Assembly (NCBI GenBank): GCA_964602805.1
Contig: CAZRSJ010000002.1
Coordinates: forward strand, 36,824 to 100,823
Direction of reading: 5' to 3'
DNA: 64,000 nucleotides
Source of the DNA: an uncultured Chromatiales bacterium
GTDB lineage: Bacteria; Pseudomonadota; Gammaproteobacteria; Poriferisulfidales; Poriferisulfidaceae
This document shows, in pieces, positions 9,746 through 18,159 of the stretch. A program made the position numbers and the translations under genes. Under the pieces are notes generated by a model. The model had not been told where the DNA came from, ran no database searches, and saw only the letters and a program-made list of their open reading frames with translations. The first letter of the stretch is position 1; each line of letters starts with the position of its first letter.

Positions 9746-10645
9746 TTAAGCTGCTGATTCGGCTGCGATCAACGTGCCGATGCCCTCGCGCGTGAAGACT
9801 TCCAGCACGACGGCATGCGGGGTTCGACCGTCGATGATGTGCGCGGTGTGGACGCCAGCCTTCAACGCATCCAGCACGCAATGGGTCTTGGGCACCATGC
9901 CGTCGCTGATCGTGCCGTCCTCGATCAGGGATTCGATGGTCTCCGGATCTAGGTTAGTCAGCAGTTCTCCCTTGGCATCTAGCACCCCGGTTTGATTGGT
10001 CAGGATCATCAGCTTCTCGGCCTTCAGCGCGACGGCCATATGGCTGGCGACGGTATCCGCGTTGATGTTGTAGCTCTCGCCGTCGGTCCCGACTCCGACC
10101 GGGGCAATCACTGGAATCTTCCCGCCGTCCTCCAGTTCCTGGATCGGCCCAGGGTCGATGCTGGCCACGGTCCCGGTATGGCCGAGATCGACGATTTCAG
10201 GCGCATTCATGTCTGGAGAGAAATGCTTCAGCTTGAGCCGCTTGGCATGAATAAAACCTCCCCGTTTGCCGGTGATGCCGGCAGCACGCCCCCCGTGCTG
10301 GTTAATCAATTCGACGATTTCCGCGTTGATAACATCGCCGAGCACTTTTTCCACCACGTCCATGGTCTGCCGGTCGGTGACGCGCACGCCGTCGACGAAC
10401 CGGCTCTCTATGCCGAGCTCTTTCAGGTGCTGCCCGATCTGTGGACCTCCGCCATGCACGACGACGGGCTTGATGCCCACATGCTGCATTAGCACCAGGT
10501 CACGCGCGAAGCTGCTTTTCAGCGTTTCGTCGACCATCGCATTGCCGCCGTACTTAATGACGACGGACCGCCCGGCGAAGGCCTGGATGTAGGGCAGGGC
10601 CTCGACTAGGACGTGAACGGTCTGTTGGGCGGATTGCCGATCCAT
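9746..10645 (-). CDS. argB: Acetylglutamate kinase
   Basis: …AFAGRSVVIKYGGNAMVDE…VVVHGGGPQIG… canonical ArgB. Confidence 0.95.
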   Translation of the reverse strand: MDRQSAQQTVHVLVEALPYIQAFAGRSVVIKYGGNAMVDETLKSSFARDLVLMQHVGIKPVVVHGGGPQIGQHLKELGIESRFVDGVRVTDRQTMDVVEKVLGDVINAEIVELINQHGGRAAGITGKRGGFIHAKRLKLKHFSPDMNAPEIVDLGHTGTVASIDPGPIQELEDGGKIPVIAPVGVGTDGESYNINADTVASHMAVALKAEKLMILTNQTGVLDAKGELLTNLDPETIESLIEDGTISDGMVPKTHCVLDALKAGVHTAHIIDGRTPHAVVLEVFTREGIGTLIAAESAA

Positions 10646-10698
10646 GCGGTGCTCCCGTTCGGGTGGATTGAGCGGTGAAGCGTGATTGACTGCGAAAG

Positions 10699-10775
10699 TG
10701 GTCGGAGTGAGAGGATTTGAACCTCCGGCCCCTGCCTCCCGAAGGCAGTGCTCTACCAGGCTGAGCTACACTCCG
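10699..10775 (-). tRNA. tRNA-Pro (anticodon CGG)
   Basis: Reverse complement CGGAGTGTAGCTCAGCCTGGTAGAGCACTGCCTTCGGGAGGCAGGGGCCGGAGGTTCAAATCCTCTCACTCCGACCA. Confidence 0.85.
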
Positions 10776-10852
10776 AAACCTCAGGTCGGGCGCATTTTAC
10801 ACCCGCCTGCAGGCGCAGGCTTGCGCCGCGCTTCGTTTTCCAGTTGCTCCAG

Positions 10853-10890
10853 AAACAAAAAAGCCCGCCGACAGGTTCTGCCAGCGGGCC
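10853..10890 (-). terminator. Rho-independent terminator of hsp20
   Basis: Minus strand GCCCGCTGGCAGAACCTGTCGGCGGGC followed by TTTTTTGTTT. Confidence 0.55.
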
Positions 10891-10908
10891 GGTTTGAAAC
10901 CCGTCGGA

Positions 10909-11346
10909 TCAGTTGGTCTGAACCGTAATGCGTCGGGGCTGGGGGGCGGCGTGCTTGCCAATGCGAACATGCAGCACTCCGTCCTTGCCGTGAGCCTCGA
11001 TGGCATCCGGGTCGACGTCGGCTGGCAGCTGGAAACTGCGCCGGAACGCGCCGTACACGCGCTCGGTCCGACGATAACGCTTGTCGCCATCTTCGCCGGT
11101 GTCGGTCTCGGCCAGACGCTCGCCCTTGATGTGCAGAACGTCGCCGTCCAAGCTGATTTCCACGTCTTCCGGCTTGACACCGGGCAGGTCGGCGGTCACC
11201 AGGTAGTGTTCGCCGCGGTCCTCGAAATCGACTGCAGGAACCCAACCCGACTGAGCCTGGCCTCCAAGATCGTGTGCCAAACCGTCAAACATATGATTCA
11301 AACGGCCCAACGTGTCAAACGGGTCGAAATAAATACTTGGATGCAT
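10909..11346 (-). CDS. Hsp20/alpha-crystallin small heat-shock protein (IbpA-like)
   Basis: …VPAVDFEDRGEHYLVTADLPGVKPEDVEISLDGDVLHIKGER…GVLHVRI… ACD domain. Confidence 0.9.
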   Translation of the reverse strand: MHPSIYFDPFDTLGRLNHMFDGLAHDLGGQAQSGWVPAVDFEDRGEHYLVTADLPGVKPEDVEISLDGDVLHIKGERLAETDTGEDGDKRYRRTERVYGAFRRSFQLPADVDPDAIEAHGKDGVLHVRIGKHAAPQPRRITVQTN

Positions 11347-11368
11347 GATTTACCTCCTGTGTAAACAT

Positions 11369-11413
11369 CCCCATGTACCTCATTTAATGAGGTGAGATAC
11401 AGAGAATTTCAAG
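11369..11413 (-). promoter_or_regulatory. Putative sigma-32-type promoter of hsp20 overlapping a perfect 17-bp palindrome
   Basis: Minus strand CTTGAAA-N14-CCTCATTT. The -10-like element lies inside ACCTCATTTAATGAGGT (8-1-8 perfect inverted repeat, 11377-11393). Confidence 0.35.
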
Positions 11414-11906
11414 AGGCAGGAGTCGTCGGCTCGAACCGTCCTTGCTTGCGGTTTTTCCTGACTTGGTCGTGCGGGAATAGTTGCCCGCCCATGGCGACGT
11501 AGGTGCCGGGGCCCGCAGTTAGCGCGGCGCCAATGGCGAAGCCGAGGTTGAAGGGGGCATCGGTCTGGCGGAACCGGGCGGGGTTCATGGCGCCGGTCAG
11601 CACGATGGTCTTTTCTGGAATGTCGGCCAGTACCGCGGCGGATTCCGCCATGGTGTCAGTGCCATGGATTACCACCAGTCGCGAGGCTCTGCAATTTGCC
11701 GCAGCCGCACGCAGGGTCTGGCGGTCGTCGTCGGTCATGTCCAGGCTGTCCTTGCGCATCACCTCAATCAATTCCCAGCCGTCCTGCATGCCGGCTTCGG
11801 CCAGGAGGTCTGGCGCACAGGGTGCCCCGATGGAGTAATCGCTCAGGGCATCGTAGTAGACCTTGTCAAAGGTCCCCCCGCAAGTCAGGATTGCCAAAGG
11901 AATCAT
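11409..11906 (-). CDS. Asparaginase N-terminal-domain-like protein, 165 aa
   Basis: MIPLAILTCGGTFDK…VVIHGTDTM…TIVLTGAM… resembles the L-asparaginase N-domain threonine motif region. Short stand-alone form. Confidence 0.65.
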   Translation of the reverse strand: MIPLAILTCGGTFDKVYYDALSDYSIGAPCAPDLLAEAGMQDGWELIEVMRKDSLDMTDDDRQTLRAAAANCRASRLVVIHGTDTMAESAAVLADIPEKTIVLTGAMNPARFRQTDAPFNLGFAIGAALTAGPGTYVAMGGQLFPHDQVRKNRKQGRFEPTTPAS

Positions 11907-11987
11907 GCGCAGTACGGCTTCGGTTGCAAATCTAAATATAACATATTGATAATACAGGATTTACAGTCGGCACCCATGTTTCTGGTG

Positions 11988-12833
11988 CTATTCGATATTT
12001 TGTATCTGTTCGCGCATCTGTTCCACCAGCACCTTGATGGCCAGTGCTGCATTGGTGGTCTCGACATCCGGTGCCTTGGAGGCCAGCGTGTTCGCCTCGC
12101 GCGTGAATTCCTGCATCAGGAAATCCAACTTTCGGCCTTGCGCCCCGCCCGCTTTCAGGGCAGATCGGGTTTCTTCAAGATGGCTGTCGAGCCGGGCCAG
12201 TTCCTCGTCCACATCGGCGCGCATCACCTGAACTGTGATTTCCTCTTCCACCCGTTGGGCATCGACCGTGGCCTGCAATTCCTTGAGGCGTGTCTGCCAG
12301 CGTTCGCGCAGGGCCTGCTGTATGGCAGGACGCTTGGACTTCAGCGCCACGACTTGCTGTTCGACTTCCTGCAACTGCTCGCGCAGGACGCCCGCCAAGC
12401 GTTCGCCTTCGCTTTCCCGCTGCTCAATGAACGCGTCCAGAGCTTCGTCAAATGCCTGCTGGACCGCAGGCGCCAGTGCGGTGTCAGGTGCAGAAGCGGC
12501 GCTCCAGACCGCGGGCAGGTTCAGTACGTGGGCCGGGTCGGAGTGGGGGAACAGGCGTCGGCAGGTGCTGACCAAGCGGCGCAATTGTGCTTGATCGAGG
12601 TATCCATCGGTGGGTTCACCTGCCGCTCGTCGGAAACTTGCTGTGACATCAACCTTGCCGCGAGAACAAACCTTGCGCAGCTGCTCGCGCCAGAGAGGCT
12701 CCAGCCCGGCACACTCCCGGGCAAGATGGAACCCCGGTTGCAGGTAGCGGTGATTGACGGATCGGATTTCGACCACTATCTGCCCGCGCCCGACTTTCGT
12801 CTCGGCGCGGGCAAACGCGGTCATGCTGCGCAT
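11988..12833 (-). CDS. yicC: YicC-family stress-induced protein
   Basis: MRSMTAFAR… and C-terminal …EFTREANTLASKA…QIQNIE, typical of YicC/YloC. Confidence 0.85.
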   Translation of the reverse strand: MRSMTAFARAETKVGRGQIVVEIRSVNHRYLQPGFHLARECAGLEPLWREQLRKVCSRGKVDVTASFRRAAGEPTDGYLDQAQLRRLVSTCRRLFPHSDPAHVLNLPAVWSAASAPDTALAPAVQQAFDEALDAFIEQRESEGERLAGVLREQLQEVEQQVVALKSKRPAIQQALRERWQTRLKELQATVDAQRVEEEITVQVMRADVDEELARLDSHLEETRSALKAGGAQGRKLDFLMQEFTREANTLASKAPDVETTNAALAIKVLVEQMREQIQNIE

Positions 12834-12868
12834 CGTGCCGAAAACCGGCTGCGTCAGCGCAAAACAGC

Positions 12869-14281
12869 TTACAGGCTGTAGTACATATCGAACTCGACCG
12901 GATGCGTGGCCGCCCGAAGACGGGTCACTTCCTCGCGCTTGAGTTCGATGTAGCCATCAATGGCGTCGTCGTTGAAGACGTCGCCAACCTTGAGGAAGTC
13001 GCGGTTGGCGTCCAGCTCATCCAGCGCTTGGTCCAGCGAATGGCACACGTGCGGGATGGCGGCTTCCTCTTCCGGCGGCAGATCGTACAGGTCCTTGTCC
13101 ATCGGTTCGCCCGGATCGATCTTGTTCCGGATCCCGTCAAGACCGGCCATCAGCATGGAAGCATAGGTCAGGTACGGGTTTCCGCAGGAATCGCCGAAGC
13201 GGACTTCAAGGCGACGCTGCTGCGGATGCGAGACGAACGGGATACGGACCGCCGCCGAACGGTTGCGTGCGGAATAGGCCAGCAGCACCGGCGCCTCAAA
13301 ACCCGGCACCAGCCGCTTGTAGCTGTTGGTGGTGGAGTTGGCGAACGCATTCAGCACCCGCGCATGCTTCAGGATGCCCCCGATGTAGTGCAGGGCCATA
13401 TCCGACATCCCCCCGACGCCGTCGCCGGCGAACAGGTTCTTGCCGTCCTTGCTCAGCGACTGGTGCACGTGCATGCCGTTGCCGTTGTCGCCGACCAGGG
13501 GTTTCGGCATGAAGGTCGCGGTCTTGCCGAAGTTGTGCGCGACATTCATGACCACGTACTTGAGGACCTGGTTCATGTCTGCGCGACGCACCAGGGAGTC
13601 GAAGCGGGTACCGATTTCGCACTGCCCGGCGGTGGCGACCTCGTGGTGGTGAACTTCGACCGGAACGCCCATGTCTTCCAGCGTCTCGCACATGACGGAG
13701 CGGATGTCCTGCAGGCTGTCGACCGGCGGTACCGGGAAGTATCCGCCCTTGGGTCCCGGGCGGTGGCCGATGTTCGAATCCTCGAAATCTTCGCGGTCCG
13801 AATTCCAGCAGCCTTCGTCCGAATCCACCTCGTACATGCAACGGTGCATTTCGTCTGCCCAGCGGGCGCTGTCGAAGATGAAAAATTCAGGTTCCGGGCC
13901 GAAATACGCGGTATCGGCGAGACCCGTGGACTTGAGGTATTCCTCGGCCTTCTTGGCGATGCCGCGGGTGTCGCGCGCATAGGGGCGCATGGTGGTCGGC
14001 TCGATCACGTCGCAACGCAACAGCAGGGTCGCTTCGGTGTAGAACGGGTCCATGACCGCGGTGCTCGGGTCCGGCATGAGGATCATGTCGGATTCGTTGA
14101 TGCCTTTCCAGCCTGCGATCGAGGATCCGTCGAACATCTTTCCATGTTCGAAGGTGTCTTCGTCGACGACGCTGGCCGGGACGGAGACATGCTGTTCCTT
14201 GCCGCGGGTGTCGGTGAAGCGGAAGTCGACGAAACGGACGTCCGACTCTTCAATTGTCTTGAGAATTTCTTCAGGGCTCAT
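12869..14281 (-). CDS. glnA: Glutamine synthetase type I
   Basis: 470 aa with GS signatures, including adenylylation-site motif [10 protein letters not shown]. Confidence 0.95.
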   Translation of the reverse strand: MSPEEILKTIEESDVRFVDFRFTDTRGKEQHVSVPASVVDEDTFEHGKMFDGSSIAGWKGINESDMILMPDPSTAVMDPFYTEATLLLRCDVIEPTTMRPYARDTRGIAKKAEEYLKSTGLADTAYFGPEPEFFIFDSARWADEMHRCMYEVDSDEGCWNSDREDFEDSNIGHRPGPKGGYFPVPPVDSLQDIRSVMCETLEDMGVPVEVHHHEVATAGQCEIGTRFDSLVRRADMNQVLKYVVMNVAHNFGKTATFMPKPLVGDNGNGMHVHQSLSKDGKNLFAGDGVGGMSDMALHYIGGILKHARVLNAFANSTTNSYKRLVPGFEAPVLLAYSARNRSAAVRIPFVSHPQQRRLEVRFGDSCGNPYLTYASMLMAGLDGIRNKIDPGEPMDKDLYDLPPEEEAAIPHVCHSLDQALDELDANRDFLKVGDVFNDDAIDGYIELKREEVTRLRAATHPVEFDMYYSL

Positions 14282-14440
14282 AACTCAGGCTCCAGAGTAG
14301 TAGCGAATTCAAGCACGGGAAACGCAGCGAAACGCCCGCCGCACCTGATCCGATTCAACCAGGTACATTGGTGCGTCTAACGCAATCCCCTGTCGGCGGC
14401 ATTATACATACATGGCCAGCTTTTTCCGGCTTGTTGGCCT

Positions 14441-16126
14441 TTATTCGTAGTCCTCGTAAAGGGAAATCAGGAAACTCACCAGCGGCTGGATGTCGTTCGG
14501 CGTGATCCGGACCGCCCGCAGTTCGGGATCCGCATTCCGGATTGTCCCGTTCCGGCTGTTTGCGGAGGCTGCGATGTAGAACGCGACCGAGGCATGCAGG
14601 TCGCTGATCTGGCCGTTGTGCATATAGGGGGCCGAATGGCCCAGATCCCTCAACGTCGGGGTCTTGAATGCCGCGATGGACTGTTCGAGGGCTTGGTCCG
14701 CAGTCTTGCAGCCCGTCCCGTTTTTGCAGAACGAACGGTGCAGAGGCGCCTGGGCGTTCGGATAATCTTCGTTCATAAAGATGTTCCAGGCACCCAGATC
14801 CGTCGCCATCGGCTCAGATTCCGATGCGGGCCTGCGAAACATGCCCTGCCGGTCCGGATTCGCGGCGGTTGCAGGCAGGTAGATGTCCGCCTGCTCATTG
14901 CGCTGCCCGACTGTCGGGATCCGCAGTTTCCAGAACGAACCTTGTCCGTGGATGGCTTCATATTCCACTTGGGTCACGCCGATGTTGTGAAAGGCAAAAT
15001 CCGTGAAATGCGGGGCCGCGTGGCAGGATCCGCAGTTTCCGGCACCGCGTTCTTCGTCAGCAGGCTTCCGGTTGAAGAAAACCCGCAACCCCTGCAGTTC
15101 GACTTCACCGAACCGGTAGGGCTGGTCGTGGAACCGGAATCCGCCATCCTCCGTCGCAGGATTGCGTTTCACGAATTGCAGTTCGCCGCTTTCGTCGAGC
15201 GAGTTGATTCGCGTCAGCAGCCGGTCGCTGTAGTCCTCGTCTGACTCGCCCTCGTCCGGGCGGACGGGCAGGCCGTTGATCGACAGGAACCGGTCGTAGG
15301 GCGAAAGAATGTCCGCTTCTTTAGAGAATTTCAGGTCTGCGAGGTAGTGTTCGATCAGGTTGGCGATGCCGACCAGGATCTCATCGCAAGAACTTTCCGC
15401 CACGTCTATGTGCAGCCCTGCTGCGATCCGATGCGGTTCAGGCAATGCTTCCCCGGATCCCGAAACGCCGGAGAACACTTCAGAGTAACTGAATCCACCG
15501 AATTCCTCGGCCAATGCACTCGTCCCGTCGTCCTTCCGGATGACTTCACAGGCATGGCGTGCGGCCAGGTCGCCCTCGCTGGGCAGCCAGCCCAGGTTGC
15601 GCCCCGTGAGTGTGGCGATGATCACCTCCCGAGCCGAGGCAAACTCCCCGTCGACATGCAGGAGAAAAGGGTCTCTGGGCGCCAGGGAATCCACCAGCAC
15701 CGGCGAATTCCGCACGGTCACGGATTGCCCGTCGTCCCGTTCAGGCAGGGGGCTCCGGGAGGCAAAGTCGTTGTAGGCGCGCATGCCGAGTTCTTGCTGT
15801 CCGACATGCTCGTCCACCAGGTGGCAGGTTCGGCAGTTGTAGGACGAGCCCTTGAACGGGCTCGGTGCGAACGGGATCTGGTAGGGCGGAAGCCCGAAGA
15901 ACCGGTAGGTTTTTTCCAGTTTCGGGTCGCCTTCGTCAAGTGGCTCGTTGATGTCGCCGCCGCGGGTCACGAAATCATGAAAGCGCTGGGCGAACCGGGT
16001 CTCGAGGAACAATCGTTCTCCATGGAAGACTTCGGCGGGATCGGGTGCGGGCACTTCGCCGGCTTGTGCAAAACCGCCAAGGCTTGCGGCGGCCGCTGCA
16101 GCGAAAAGAAAGACGCGAAGGTTCAT
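14441..16126 (-). CDS. Secreted di-haem cytochrome c peroxidase/MauG-family enzyme with a large inter-haem insertion (561 aa)
   Basis: Signal peptide. Two CxxCH motifs (CRTCH, CGSCH). C-terminal …FKTPTLRDLGHSAPYMHNGQISDL…, the CCP/MauG distal-haem signature. Last gene of the three-gene minus-strand operon. Confidence 0.8.
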   Translation of the reverse strand: MNLRVFLFAAAAAASLGGFAQAGEVPAPDPAEVFHGERLFLETRFAQRFHDFVTRGGDINEPLDEGDPKLEKTYRFFGLPPYQIPFAPSPFKGSSYNCRTCHLVDEHVGQQELGMRAYNDFASRSPLPERDDGQSVTVRNSPVLVDSLAPRDPFLLHVDGEFASAREVIIATLTGRNLGWLPSEGDLAARHACEVIRKDDGTSALAEEFGGFSYSEVFSGVSGSGEALPEPHRIAAGLHIDVAESSCDEILVGIANLIEHYLADLKFSKEADILSPYDRFLSINGLPVRPDEGESDEDYSDRLLTRINSLDESGELQFVKRNPATEDGGFRFHDQPYRFGEVELQGLRVFFNRKPADEERGAGNCGSCHAAPHFTDFAFHNIGVTQVEYEAIHGQGSFWKLRIPTVGQRNEQADIYLPATAANPDRQGMFRRPASESEPMATDLGAWNIFMNEDYPNAQAPLHRSFCKNGTGCKTADQALEQSIAAFKTPTLRDLGHSAPYMHNGQISDLHASVAFYIAASANSRNGTIRNADPELRAVRITPNDIQPLVSFLISLYEDYE

Positions 16127-16217
16127 GGGAGACGCGGTTGGGTACGGCGAGACAGGCCGCCGGCTTGTCCGGGAGCCCCGATTTTCCCTTTCGAGGCTCC
16201 CGGGATGAACGAAAATC

Positions 16218-17669
16218 CTACTCGACTGGCGTTACCGGCTCCTCTACGGCGGGATACTTCAAGGTGAGTTCGCCGCCCAGGTCTATGGCGTGCGGGTTCT
16301 TTTCACCCTTCTCCGTCAGGTAGGGATCCGTGTAGACGCCGTATTCGCCCGGTTCCAGCGTGTAGGTGACTTCTTCCTGGCCGTGCCCGGCATTCGCCAG
16401 GTACTTGGCCGGGTTGTCCCAGCCCTGTCCGTCCAGGTTCGCGTAGAACTTGATGTCGACCAGAACTCCGTCGCACAGCGGCGTAACTTCCTCGTAATTC
16501 GTCGGCCAGCCGGCTGCACCCGTCGTTTTCGGATAGTTGCTCCAGTCTCCGCCCTTCAAGGGGCACGCCCCACCGCCGCCGAAGGCCGCGCGGTTAGGGT
16601 GGTGGACGCCATAGACGGGCAGGCCTTTTGCCGCCGCCATGGTTCCATTCTCCAGGTGGAACCGGGGTTCATACGTGATCTCGGTCTTGACCTCCTGGCC
16701 GCTTTCCTTGACGTGCTCGTAGTACTCGCCGTCCGGGCGGACATACCGGAAGTCCGGGTTGTCCGGGTTGTCGAAGACCGCTGTGATGAACAGGTAGGGC
16801 TCGTTGAAGAAGGGTCGTTCGATCAGGTAGAACTCCGCATTCGTCTTGCTGATGTCCACGGCCTGCCAGTCGACCGAGTTTTCATCCTCGCCGCCGACAT
16901 TGATCCAGGCCCGGGCATCCGGAAACAGGTCGACGCGTAGGACCTTCGTGTACAACTCGTTGACATCGAGGCCGGCACGTTTGCCGAGCGGACCGATCTG
17001 GTTTGCGCCCGGCTGGCTGAACGAGTAGTCCACCGCCTTCCTGGCATAGGGATACTGGTTCGCAGACATCGTGCAGTAGAAATGCGGTAGGTCGATGGCC
17101 ACGTGATCGTCGTACTTGCCCTTGTACTTGGGGTGATGCAGGGGCAGGTCGATGAAGTTCAGGTGTCCGTCTTCCGTCAGCTTCTGGTGGGGGTGCTTGT
17201 AACCTCCCCAGCTTTCCTCCGGAATGTAGCTGGCATAGTCGTTCTCGATCGTAGCCAGATTGGCTTCGTCGAACAGGTTGGCACCGTCCGGCAGTCCCTG
17301 GGCATCCTTCTTGCGGTACTCCCGAATCGTCCCGTTGTCTTGCACCCGCCACAGGCCATGCTTGCCCTCCCCGATCATCGTCATGGTCTGTTCCACCACA
17401 TTCACGAAGCGGTAGGTGTAGTTCGTGTTCATGTGTCCAGAGAAAACCGGCAGATGGGGAATGCTGGAATGCGTCGTCTTGGGACGGCCTTCGCCGACCA
17501 GCAGCTTCTGCCCGTCATCCTCTCCGATCGCCTGGTCGCTCGTGTAGTAATAGGGATCGCCCATCGTCAGGTCCTTGATGTGGCCGGTCTCGTCTGCACC
17601 CAGCGGAGCGGACGCAACCAGCAGCCACGCGCCTGCGAGGCCGAGTAGGGCTGAGTTTGTTGTTTTCAT
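16218..17669 (-). CDS. Secreted hypothetical protein, 484 aa, partner of the di-haem enzyme
   Basis: AGGAGG SD. Signal peptide MKTTNSALLGLAGAWLLVASAPLGA. Rich in Trp/Tyr/His. No family recognised. Start chosen at internal ATG 17669 (track ORF is N-extended). Confidence 0.7.
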   Translation of the reverse strand: MKTTNSALLGLAGAWLLVASAPLGADETGHIKDLTMGDPYYYTSDQAIGEDDGQKLLVGEGRPKTTHSSIPHLPVFSGHMNTNYTYRFVNVVEQTMTMIGEGKHGLWRVQDNGTIREYRKKDAQGLPDGANLFDEANLATIENDYASYIPEESWGGYKHPHQKLTEDGHLNFIDLPLHHPKYKGKYDDHVAIDLPHFYCTMSANQYPYARKAVDYSFSQPGANQIGPLGKRAGLDVNELYTKVLRVDLFPDARAWINVGGEDENSVDWQAVDISKTNAEFYLIERPFFNEPYLFITAVFDNPDNPDFRYVRPDGEYYEHVKESGQEVKTEITYEPRFHLENGTMAAAKGLPVYGVHHPNRAAFGGGGACPLKGGDWSNYPKTTGAAGWPTNYEEVTPLCDGVLVDIKFYANLDGQGWDNPAKYLANAGHGQEEVTYTLEPGEYGVYTDPYLTEKGEKNPHAIDLGGELTLKYPAVEEPVTPVE

Positions 17670-17712
17670 GGTTTTACCTCCTGCTACTTTGACTGGCTCA
17701 GGGGGGAGAAAT

Positions 17713-18150
17713 TCAAAGTTCCCCCTTGGCCCTCTGTCCGCAGAAGAAAGCGAGGCCCGACGAATCCGACGTGAACCGGATCTTCGCGCCCTTATCAAAA
17801 TAAATGATGTCGCCCGCGGTCGCATGGAACGTCTCACCTCCTTCTTCGGCCAGGGTCATTTCGCCAGAGACGATGAACTTGGCTTCGTTGTAGGTGTAGG
17901 TGTAGTCCAGCGGGTTGCTTTTTGCCAGACTGAACAGGCCGCAGGTCAGCGGTGCGTTTTCGTCCGAAGTGATGATGTCCGACAGGGCGGCTTCAATGCC
18001 TTCGATGCCCATGGAAGCCAGTTCCATGTCCGCGGCGCCTTTGTGGGTGGTCATCTTCGCCCCGCCATGCTCGTCGGCGATGGCTGCGCCCGAGCAGGCC
18101 AGCATGGCCGAGACGAGCAGGACGAGAGGGGTCTTGTTTTTGGATTGCAT
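17713..18150 (-). CDS. Secreted cupin (DUF861/EutQ-like cupin_3) protein
   Basis: AGGAGG SD. Signal peptide MQSKNKTPLVLLVSAMLACSGAAIA. C-terminal …GEMTLAEEGGETFHATAGDIIYFDKGAKIRF… cupin beta-barrel motif. Confidence 0.7.
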   Translation of the reverse strand: MQSKNKTPLVLLVSAMLACSGAAIADEHGGAKMTTHKGAADMELASMGIEGIEAALSDIITSDENAPLTCGLFSLAKSNPLDYTYTYNEAKFIVSGEMTLAEEGGETFHATAGDIIYFDKGAKIRFTSDSSGLAFFCGQRAKGEL

Positions 18151-18159
18151 GATGTTCCT

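Noticed and set aside
14282-14440. Canonical sigma-54 glnAp2 promoter upstream of glnA
   Set aside because: No clean TGGCAC-N5-TTGCA match. Only weak NtrC-like half-sites.
16882-17352. Assorted 60-250-aa ORFs nested antisense within glnA, the di-haem gene and the 484-aa gene
   Set aside because: All lie inside better-supported genes on the opposite strand. Arg/Pro/Ala-rich translations typical of GC-rich antisense frames.
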